From IMG/VR virus record IMGVR_UViG_3300024999_000047: DNA of 64,000 bases. One strand, written 5' to 3'. Under the pieces are notes generated by a model that made no database searches, was not told the origin of the DNA, and saw only the letters and a list, made by a program, of their open reading frames with translations. This document shows, piece by piece, positions 19,217-27,588 of this stretch (position 1 is the stretch's first letter; every line of letters begins with the position of its first letter). The translations under genes and the position numbers were made by a program. The DNA is from an uncultured virus (IMG/VR IMGVR_UViG_3300024999_000047). Its lineage: Duplodnaviria; Heunggongvirae; Uroviricota; Caudoviricetes.

Positions 19217-20175
19217 ATGAAAAATGGCAAATGGTCTAAAGAAGAAGAACAATTTTTAATAGAAAATGTTAGTATTTTAAGTGTTTTTGAATTAGCAAAG
19301 GAATTATCTAGAACAGAAAATATGATAAGAAGTAAAAAGTTAAGAATGAATTTAAAAAGTGGTAAAAGAAATGTTTTTTCAGAAGAGGAAATAATTATTA
19401 TAATAAACTGGTATAAAGAACATCCTAATGAATTAAAATTAGATGAATTATCTACAATTATGAATAGAGACAAACATGAGATTTGTCGCAAAGCAAAAAG
19501 ACTTAATATAACAAATGTAAATAGAAAAGTATTAACAGAAGATATTATTAATGAAAGAAAAGAGATTAAAAAACAAAATCATATTCGTACAGTTAATCAA
19601 TTTATTAAATTAGTAAAAACAAATCATCCTAAAGGAATGTTAGGTAAAAAACATACATATGAAACAAAGCAAATATTATCTGAAAAATATAAATTAGCAT
19701 GGCAAAATAAAACACAAGAACAAAAAGAAAAAATTTATATTAATTTAAGAAAAGGAAGAGAAATATCTAAAAATATAGTCAAATCAAAATATTCAAAAAC
19801 TGGTGGTTATAGGAAAGATTTGGATAAATATTTTAGAAGTAAATGGGAGGCTAATATAGCACGTATTTTTAATTATTCAAATATTATATGGGAATTTGAA
19901 CCAAAAAGATTTGAATTTGATGATAAAGTAATGGAATAGAAAGTTACTTACCAGATTTTTATCTTCCAAAATTAAATGTTTGGATAGAAGTGAAAGGTTG
20001 GATGAAAGAAGTAGATATTAAAAGATTAGAAAAATTTAAGAAATATTATCCTAAAGAATATGATAATTTAGTAATTATTGAAGAAAAACTATATATAAAA
20101 TTGGAAAAAGAATTTAAATATAAAATTACTGAATGGGAATTTAAAAATAATAAAAACAATAATAAAGCAAGTTAG
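19217..20175 (+). pseudogene. Frameshifted homing-endonuclease-like gene (Myb-like, NUMOD3-like, PD-(D/E)XK)
   Basis: GKKHTYETKQILS and FRSKWEANIAR. The -1 frame at about 19927 gives SNGIESYLPDFYLPKLNVWIEVKGWM, which joins ORF 19990-20175. Confidence 0.8.
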
Positions 20176-20176
20176 C

Positions 20177-20260
20177 AATGGAGAAAGATTAAAGTTAGCA
20201 TTTGCACCATTTCAGTATGATAAATTAAACCCTAGAGTAGAAATGTTACTGGAGTATTAA
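20177..20260 (+). pseudogene. Relic C-terminus of a second RusA-like gene
   Basis: NGERLKLAFAPFQYDKLNPRVEMLLEY resembles the RusA segment YDSENPRIIIEI; no start codon or RBS. Confidence 0.45.
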
Positions 20261-20338
20261 AATTTAGTAACAAAATGTAAATATAATTAATATACTATTT
20301 TAACAATAAAACAAAAATAAAACGGAGGAATATATTAC

Positions 20339-20980
20339 ATGTCAAACAAACTTTTAACACTCTCATCTCTCAAAAGTTTAGATTCTAAAAATTTCAATGA
20401 AACAATTCAAATTTTTTTATCAGATGGTTCTACTCTACTCCTAGACAAAAAGTTTAGAAAAACTACTATAGAATTAATATTAAACAGATTATCAGAAATA
20501 CATAAAATTGTTCAAAATGATAAATCATTAGAGAATTTAGATTTAGAGAAATTCACTCAATTGCTACTAATTCTTAATTTTACTTCATTAAAGAGTTTAG
20601 AGTTAAATTCTTTACAAGAAGAATTAGTAGTAATGAATTTATTAGTAGATAATGAATTACTAGAAGAAATTATATTAAAATTTGATGAGAATTGTAAAGA
20701 ACAAATTGAATATTTTAATAAACAAACTTTTTTAATTTTACAAAAAAGATTAGATGCAATGAGTCAACAGGAAGAATTTATGAAGATATTGAATGAAGAA
20801 ATTGAAAAACAGAAATTGTTAGAATTAGGTGAGAATGTGGATTTGAAATTAAACGAAGATACTGAAATGATGGATATAATTAATAAGATTGATGATAATT
20901 TAGGTGATGATATAAATAATGAATCTACAGAAGAAACTGATGAATTAGTTAATAAAATAGAGATTACTGATACTGAATAG
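20339..20980 (+). CDS. Putative tail assembly chaperone
   Basis: GGAGG RBS, acidic tail, tail-module position. Confidence 0.5.
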   Translation: MSNKLLTLSSLKSLDSKNFNETIQIFLSDGSTLLLDKKFRKTTIELILNRLSEIHKIVQNDKSLENLDLEKFTQLLLILNFTSLKSLELNSLQEELVVMNLLVDNELLEEIILKFDENCKEQIEYFNKQTFLILQKRLDAMSQQEEFMKILNEEIEKQKLLELGENVDLKLNEDTEMMDIINKIDDNLGDDINNESTEETDELVNKIEITDTE

Positions 20981-21229
20981 TAAAACTATAGAATAATACA
21001 ATAACAGATTGTAAATATAATTGATAATTAATTATAATTAATAGAGTTAGGATTTATATGTATACCATATATTTTATATTTTGTTTGCTATCATATTTCT
21101 CCTGCTCTATTTAATTATAAATTTCACAGATTGATATGAATTTATTAGAATTAAATATTTTCAATAGATTAAAGGCATCTCATAAATAAAGAGGTGTCTT
21201 TTCTTGTGTTGAAATACAACACAAATTTT

Positions 21230-21361
21230 ACTAGATGCTTAATGGAGTAATTACCCATTAAAAAAGAGAGTTGTCCTTTCTCTCTGCATCTAGTTTTTAT
21301 ATTTTATAAAACAAAATAAAAAAGGATGAATGTTAGTGATTTAAAATAAAATGAAAAGGAC
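21230..21361 (+). promoter_or_regulatory. Putative structured RNA leader, copy 3
   Basis: P1 ACTAGATGC/GCATCTAGT; P2 TTAATGG-agtaattac-CCATTAA; P3 AGAGAG-ttgtccttt-CTCTCT; loop pairs with AAAGGAT (21321) and AAAGGAC (21355). Confidence 0.65.
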
Positions 21362-21371
21362 GTGGTATGAA

Positions 21372-23189
21372 ATGTTAGTGAAATGTATGGTTGACAGAAA
21401 AACTTTTGAAAACAAACCAAGTGGAGATCAATCTAAAGGTATCCAATTTAGAATGGCACAAACAGAAATTGAAATTGAAGAATTAGCTAATTTATTAAGT
21501 AATGGAGCAACTTTTAAACCTGCATTACTCAATGGTAGAAAAAGTATAGATTGGCTTACTCAACAATTATTTGCTTTAGATTTTGATGGTGGTACTACTA
21601 TTGAAAAAGAATTAAATAATTGTAGAGAATTAAATATATTGCCTATTTTTGGATATAAAACATTTTCTTATACTCAATATAAAGAGAAATTTAGATTAGT
21701 ATTTTGTAGTAATATAGTAATAACTAATGTAGAAACAAGAAATAAATTTCAAAAATTATTAATTGCATTATTTCCTACTAGTGACTCTGTAACATTTGAT
21801 CCTACAAGGTTATTCTTTGGTGGAAAAGAATTAATTAATTGTGATTATAATAATAGAATAAATATTAATAATATTATGATTAAATTTAAAGATATATTAA
21901 AAAGTATAGTTGATTCATCTACTTTGAGGTTAATCAATACTAATACAATAAACTCTTCTTCTATTAGTATGCAGAAAGCTCAGAATCCCCGTCCTGTAAG
22001 GGTTTACGAGGAGTTTTCCCATTTTAATGCAATAAAAAATTTAGATGTAATTTTAATGAAACATCTTCTTCAAATAAATGGTGATAAAGTTATTTGTGTA
22101 AATAAACAAGAAGTTTATGATTTTATTAATGGAATAGATTTATGTGAATTTACAAATATACATAGTATGGTAAATTGTATATTACCTGATCATCAAGATG
22201 ATACTCCTTCGGCACATATTTATACAACTGATAGTGGAACACAAATATATAAATGTTTTGGTTGCGATGCGAAATATACAATAATATCTTTAGTAGAAAA
22301 ACTAGCAAAATGTAAAAGAATTAAAGCAATTGAATTTATAAAAAAAGTATATAATATCGAATTACAACAAACAGAATGGCAAAAACAACAATTAGAAATA
22401 CTTGATATAAATATTGAATTATTATTATCTGATGAATTTAAAGAAATATATCCTCAACTCCATTCTTTAATAAGAACAAGAAAAAATAATCTTATTGCAT
22501 TAAATAACTATGCAAAAATTAATATTAAAGATGAAGATTTTTGTGTAGATGAAAATCCATTATTTTTTGCTTCTCTGACTAAAATTATGGATATTTTTGG
22601 TTCAAAAGATAGAACTAAAGTATCACAGAGTATTACATTATTTGCTTTATTAAGTTTATTAAATAAAATACCACATGAGAAATTACCTGAAGAAACTTTT
22701 AACAAAGCAAAACATATTGCAGCAAAATATGGTCTTACTAAATTAGTTAATTTTTATAGTATTGATCAATATGGAGTGGATTCTTTAGAAGAAAGCAATA
22801 AAATTGCTAAAACATTAAAAGATAACAATATATCTTTAAAAGGTATTTCTAGGGAATATTTATTAAGAACATTTGGTAAAGAATTAACAAATAAAATATA
22901 TCCTCAATATATTTATGAGAATGAATTAGGCACTTCTGAAAAATCTAATGAAAATAGTAGTAAAATAGCATCTTATATTTTAGATGAAATAGAGAAAAAA
23001 GGTTATGTTTTAGAAAAAGAATTAAAAATTGATAATATAACAGAAACACAATGGAAACGTAGTATTCAAGAAATATTGGATGGCTATGGATTAATTAAAA
23101 TAACTGCCAATAAAGAAATAAAGTTGAAATATAATATTGATGTTGCAGAAAGAAGTTATCCTAAGATTATTGTTAAAGGAGGTGAATAA
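21372..23189 (+). CDS. AEP-like primase/Rep protein with CHC2-type zinc finger, paralog 1
   Basis: FALDFDGG...YKTFS...KFRLVF; CILPDH...PSA...YKCFGC; aligns by eye with 56734-58674. Confidence 0.65.
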   Translation: MLVKCMVDRKTFENKPSGDQSKGIQFRMAQTEIEIEELANLLSNGATFKPALLNGRKSIDWLTQQLFALDFDGGTTIEKELNNCRELNILPIFGYKTFSYTQYKEKFRLVFCSNIVITNVETRNKFQKLLIALFPTSDSVTFDPTRLFFGGKELINCDYNNRININNIMIKFKDILKSIVDSSTLRLINTNTINSSSISMQKAQNPRPVRVYEEFSHFNAIKNLDVILMKHLLQINGDKVICVNKQEVYDFINGIDLCEFTNIHSMVNCILPDHQDDTPSAHIYTTDSGTQIYKCFGCDAKYTIISLVEKLAKCKRIKAIEFIKKVYNIELQQTEWQKQQLEILDINIELLLSDEFKEIYPQLHSLIRTRKNNLIALNNYAKINIKDEDFCVDENPLFFASLTKIMDIFGSKDRTKVSQSITLFALLSLLNKIPHEKLPEETFNKAKHIAAKYGLTKLVNFYSIDQYGVDSLEESNKIAKTLKDNNISLKGISREYLLRTFGKELTNKIYPQYIYENELGTSEKSNENSSKIASYILDEIEKKGYVLEKELKIDNITETQWKRSIQEILDGYGLIKITANKEIKLKYNIDVAERSYPKIIVKGGE

Positions 23190-23190
23190 A

Positions 23191-23628
23191 ATCGCCTCTT
23201 TAGCAGACCAATTAAAAAATATTGAAGCACAGATAAAAAAGAAAATACAATCCTCATTAAAAAAGGAAGTATCAGAAACGAGTAAAGATATTATGGTAGA
23301 TAAATTAGATAGTGTAGTTTATTCTCAATATACACCTACTCAATATTCAAGGTCTTATGATGATGGAGGTTTAGCAGATGAAAAAAATATAGAAACAAAA
23401 ATGATTGATGATACTACTTTGAGAATAGAAAATATTAGAAAAGATGAAGAATCGGGAAGATTAGTAACTCCCATCGTGGAGACAGGAAAAGGTTATTATA
23501 CTGAGTGGTTGGATGAACTTATTGGTGAAAGACCGTTTATAAAAGCAACAGCAGAAGAATTAAGAAAAGGCAAGGCTAGAGATGCATTAAAACGTGGTCT
23601 TATCAGGGAAGGATTAAATGTAAAATAG
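23191..23628 (+). CDS. HK97 gp10-like tail completion/neck protein
   Basis: VY..YTPTQYSR...IVETG...RPFIK; AAGGAGGTG followed by a probable ATC start. Confidence 0.6.
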   Translation: MASLADQLKNIEAQIKKKIQSSLKKEVSETSKDIMVDKLDSVVYSQYTPTQYSRSYDDGGLADEKNIETKMIDDTTLRIENIRKDEESGRLVTPIVETGKGYYTEWLDELIGERPFIKATAEELRKGKARDALKRGLIREGLNVK

Positions 23629-23709
23629 CATCTTACCTTCCTACTTTTTAAAATAAAATATAATCAAAAAATAAATTTTATAAATCTCAAAAATATTTTC
23701 ACAAATTCC

Positions 23710-23738
23710 TTGACAAATTGTAAATATAATTGTATACT
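23710..23738 (+). promoter_or_regulatory. SigA-type promoter for HU
   Basis: TTGACA-17-TATACT. Confidence 0.7.
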
Positions 23739-23810
23739 ACAAATAACCTCAGAAAACAAACAACTGAGGAAATAAAAATAATATAAATTAAAAGGAGAAA
23801 TGATTTTATT

Positions 23811-24140
23811 ATGAAAAGAGAAGAAATGATCACAAGTATGTCCGAATTAGGGGAAATGACTAAAAAGTTAGCAGAACAAGCATTAGATGCATTTTTACTA
23901 AGTGTTGAGAAAGCATTAAGTAATGGAGAAGAAGTAAAATTAAATAACTACATAATTCTTACTCCAACTTTAAGGAAAGGTAGGAAAGGTCATAATCCGC
24001 AAGATATGACTGAAATTGAAATTGCTCCTAAAAACGTAGTAAAAGTAAAGTTAGGTAAGAAATGGAAAGATGCAGTTGTAGGTATTGAGATTGCGGAGAA
24101 GATTAAGAAAACAAGGAAGAAGAAAGATGTTGTTGAGTAG
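23811..24140 (+). CDS. hup: HU/IHF-family DNA-binding protein
   Basis: TKKLAEQALDAF...ALSNGEEVKL...RKGRKGHNPQ...IEI. Confidence 0.85.
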   Translation: MKREEMITSMSELGEMTKKLAEQALDAFLLSVEKALSNGEEVKLNNYIILTPTLRKGRKGHNPQDMTEIEIAPKNVVKVKLGKKWKDAVVGIEIAEKIKKTRKKKDVVE

Positions 24141-24339
24141 GAATATGAATATGGAAGAATAATTAATACATACTTAGTATAGACTAAGAGATTCTATTTC
24201 ATATTAATAAAAATATTTAGTTTATTGGGTTAATATAATTATATAATCATTAAATATATAATAGTTTAACTAAATATTGATTGGTGATTGGTGATTGGTA
24301 TGTTGGGATTTTAATTTACAATTGAATAGAAATATTTAA

Positions 24340-24368
24340 AAGAGCAGACATAAATCTGCTCTCTTTTT
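24340..24368 (+). terminator. Intrinsic terminator
   Basis: AGAGCAGA-cataaa-TCTGCTCT followed by a T run. Confidence 0.6.
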
Positions 24369-24472
24369 ATTTTATTGTAGATTAATATATAAAGTTTAGT
24401 TTATTACATAATTTATTACAGAACAATGACTATCACATTTATTTGTGGTGGTCATTTTTGTGTGATGATATA

Positions 24473-24583
24473 AAAACAGTCTAGGGTCGCTCCCGAAAGT
24501 AGTAATCCTTAACTATTGACTGTTTTATCACTCTTTTTATAAGGATGAGATGGATAAGGAAACAAAATAAAATATTAAAGGAG
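24473..24583 (+). promoter_or_regulatory. Putative structured RNA leader, copy 4
   Basis: P1 AAAACAGTC/GACTGTTTT; P2 GGG-tcgct-CCC; P3 AGTAGT-aatcctta-ACTATT; loop pairs with TAAGGAT (24540), TAAGGA (24555) and the RBS AAGGA (24578). Confidence 0.65.
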
Positions 24584-24588
24584 ATGTT

Positions 24589-26367
24589 TTGATGGCAATA
24601 AAGTATACAGATGAAGAGATAATTGAAAAGTATAAAGATTTTGCAAGTAGATTAGGTAAAACTCCAACACAAGATGATGTAAACAATGAATCAAAAAGTA
24701 ACAAATATTTTCCAAGTGGTAAAGTTTTGTTTAGTAGATTTGGTGGTAAAACAAAACTTGATGAGGTATGTGGTTTAAAATTAAATCATATATATTTTAC
24801 TGATAATGAATTATTAGATAAACTTAAAAACTTTTATGATAAAAATGGTTTCCCTATTAAAAAAGAAATTAATAAAGATGAAGATATGCCAAATGCAGAA
24901 GTATATCGTATTAGATTTGGAAGTTTTAAAGATGCAATAATTAAAGCAAATATCCCAATACCTAAAAATAAAGAAAATAGTTTAAAAAATAATAAAGTAT
25001 ATTTAGAAGATGATATTTTATTAGAACAACTTAAACAAGTTTTAACAACACATGGTATTATTCCAATTTCTAAATTTAAAGAATATGGTTTATATAGTAT
25101 GGTTGTATATAGAAATAGATTTGGAACATATAAAGAAATCTTAAATATGTTAAATATACATATACCAGAAGATATAGAAAGTAAATATTTTTCTAAATTT
25201 AAAAATAAATCAAATGAAGAATTAATAATTTATCTACAAGATTACTATGATAAATATGGATTACCAACTACTAGAGATTTAAAAAATAATAATGATTATC
25301 CAAGTGATTATATTTATAGAGAAAGATTTGGTAGTTTTGAGAATGCATTATTAATTGCCAATATTGAAATTCCGCAAGATAAAGAATGGTTATATAATAG
25401 AGAAAGTATGGATACGGATATTATATTAAAAAATTTAAAAGAATTTATTTATAATAATTATACAGAAAAAGATATATTACCTGGAATGAAAGAATTATTT
25501 ATTTTATGTGATATTCCAAGTCAATCAGTTTTATTTAAAAAATTTTATAGTATTCAAGAATTATATAGTCAAATAAATGTAGATTATTATAAACATAATA
25601 ATCATGCTATAAAATTAGATATGATTAAAAAATATAAAGAATTATATTCAATATTAGGTAGAACACCACATAGTAGAGATATTGAGTATTATTCTAGAAA
25701 TAAAGAAGAATTTTATTCAATGGGTGCATATGAATTTCATTTTGGAAGTGTTTATCAACTTCAAGTTTATTGTGATTTTATACCTACTGTAATTGGAAGA
25801 CATAAATCAAGGAGTGATTTAATAGAAGATTTGCAAGAATTATATGAAAGATTAGGTAGAATTCCTACTCAAAAAGATGTTAATATGTGTGAATGGATGG
25901 CATCTAGTTCTAGTTATAATATAGAATTTGGTGGATTTATTGAATCATTGAAAATTTCTGGTATTATAAATGGAAAACAAAACAGTAAATGTAGTATTAC
26001 TCCACAAGGCAATTATTGTAGATCATCATATGAATTTGATTTTTGTATAATGTTAGAAAATAAAGGATTAAGTTTTAGACAAGAAGATCATTATTCAAAA
26101 TACATAAAAGATTTTACTAGAAGATTTAGATTTGATTACATTGTTAATATAAATAATATTGATTATTTTATAGAAATATTCGGTATGATGGAGCATAAAT
26201 GGTATAGTGATAAAGCAGATTATAAAATTAAATTATGTGAAGATAATAATTTAATTTTGATTGATTTATATAAAAATGACTTTAAGAAAAGTGATATAGA
26301 AACATTGTATAATTTGTTGTTAAATAAGATTGATAATATAAATAATAATTTAAAGGATGTGTCTTAA
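24589..26367 (+). CDS. Homing-endonuclease-associated-repeat protein with C-terminal PD-(D/E)XK-like nuclease
   Basis: About seven LG.TP...Y..RFGS repeats; RSSYEFDF...RFDY...FIEIFG; TAATG overlap with the recombinase gene. Confidence 0.7.
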   Translation: MMAIKYTDEEIIEKYKDFASRLGKTPTQDDVNNESKSNKYFPSGKVLFSRFGGKTKLDEVCGLKLNHIYFTDNELLDKLKNFYDKNGFPIKKEINKDEDMPNAEVYRIRFGSFKDAIIKANIPIPKNKENSLKNNKVYLEDDILLEQLKQVLTTHGIIPISKFKEYGLYSMVVYRNRFGTYKEILNMLNIHIPEDIESKYFSKFKNKSNEELIIYLQDYYDKYGLPTTRDLKNNNDYPSDYIYRERFGSFENALLIANIEIPQDKEWLYNRESMDTDIILKNLKEFIYNNYTEKDILPGMKELFILCDIPSQSVLFKKFYSIQELYSQINVDYYKHNNHAIKLDMIKKYKELYSILGRTPHSRDIEYYSRNKEEFYSMGAYEFHFGSVYQLQVYCDFIPTVIGRHKSRSDLIEDLQELYERLGRIPTQKDVNMCEWMASSSSYNIEFGGFIESLKISGIINGKQNSKCSITPQGNYCRSSYEFDFCIMLENKGLSFRQEDHYSKYIKDFTRRFRFDYIVNINNIDYFIEIFGMMEHKWYSDKADYKIKLCEDNNLILIDLYKNDFKKSDIETLYNLLLNKIDNINNNLKDVS

Positions 26368-27395
26368 TGGGTAGAAAAACAGAACAACATAGTATAGTTA
26401 CACCTGAATTATGGGAACAAGTTTCAAATGAAAATAAGGAATTAATGAATGAATTTTTGGATTACTGTAGAGGTAAAGACATGGCATCTGGTAGTATAAA
26501 AGGATACTGCAATGATATTGAAATTTGTTTAGTTTGGAATTTACAATATAATAAGAATAAATTTTATGTTGATTTTAATAAAAGAGACATTCTTAAATAT
26601 CAAAATTGGCTTGTCAATACTCAAAATCTAAGTTCTAATAGAGTTAGAAGATTAAAAGCTGCTATTAGTAGTATGTCAAACTACATAGAATCAATACTAG
26701 ATGACGTTTATGAAGGATATCGTAATATAGTAAATAAAATCCCTGCTCCACCAAAGCAAGAAGTTAGAGATAAAACAGTATTAAGTGATGAACAAGTTGA
26801 TTATTTATTAGATTATTTAGTTAAAAAAGAAAAATATCAACAAGCATGTGCATTAGCTTTGGCTGTTGCAAGTGGTTCAAGAAAACAAGAATTATTGAGA
26901 TTTAAAGTAAGTTTTTTTACTGATGAAAATATTAAATATGGTGCTTTATATAAAACACCTGAAAAGATCAAAACTAAAGGACGTAGTTCTAGGGGTAAGA
27001 TGCTCTATCGTTACGTTTTGGTTAGTAAATTTAAACCATATTTTGATTTATGGATGAAACAACGTGAAGAATTAGGTATTCAAGGAGAAGAATTATTTTG
27101 GAATAAAAGAAATGGTGTTTGGAAACCAGGAGATATTTCATTACTTAATTCTTGGGCAAATACATTCTCTAACATACTTGGTATCTTCTATTACTTTCAT
27201 TCAGCCCGTCACAAATTTTGTACGGATTTATGTAAAGCAAATATTCCAGCAGATGTAATTAAGGATGTGATTGGATGGCAGTCTACCTCGATGATATCAA
27301 TATATAATGACCAAGAAGTTGATGATGAATTAGGTAAATATTTTGATTCTTCTGGAATTAAACAAGTTGAAAATAAATCATTAGGTGATTTGTAA
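26367..27395 (+). CDS. Tyrosine recombinase
   Basis: Catalytic pattern GSRKQELL (R), KTK (K), HSARH (HxxR), IGW, IY (Y); directly upstream of the tape measure gene. Confidence 0.9.
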   Translation: MGRKTEQHSIVTPELWEQVSNENKELMNEFLDYCRGKDMASGSIKGYCNDIEICLVWNLQYNKNKFYVDFNKRDILKYQNWLVNTQNLSSNRVRRLKAAISSMSNYIESILDDVYEGYRNIVNKIPAPPKQEVRDKTVLSDEQVDYLLDYLVKKEKYQQACALALAVASGSRKQELLRFKVSFFTDENIKYGALYKTPEKIKTKGRSSRGKMLYRYVLVSKFKPYFDLWMKQREELGIQGEELFWNKRNGVWKPGDISLLNSWANTFSNILGIFYYFHSARHKFCTDLCKANIPADVIKDVIGWQSTSMISIYNDQEVDDELGKYFDSSGIKQVENKSLGDL

Positions 27396-27588
27396 TTCGT
27401 TATAAAATCCTCATTTTAATTAATAATTCTACATATTACAAATATAATTATTTACATAAATTATCGTACATAAAAAAATAATACAATAACCAAAACAACA
27501 ATCAAAAACAAATCCAAAACAAACCCCTACTCTCCAAATGTAGGGGTATTTTTATTATACCTCTACTAATACAAAGGAGTGTGAAATA

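Noticed and set aside
19915..19940. Programmed -1 frameshift in the endonuclease gene
   Set aside because: No slippery heptamer, and the -1 frame has TAA immediately before the junction; a 1-nt deletion is more likely.
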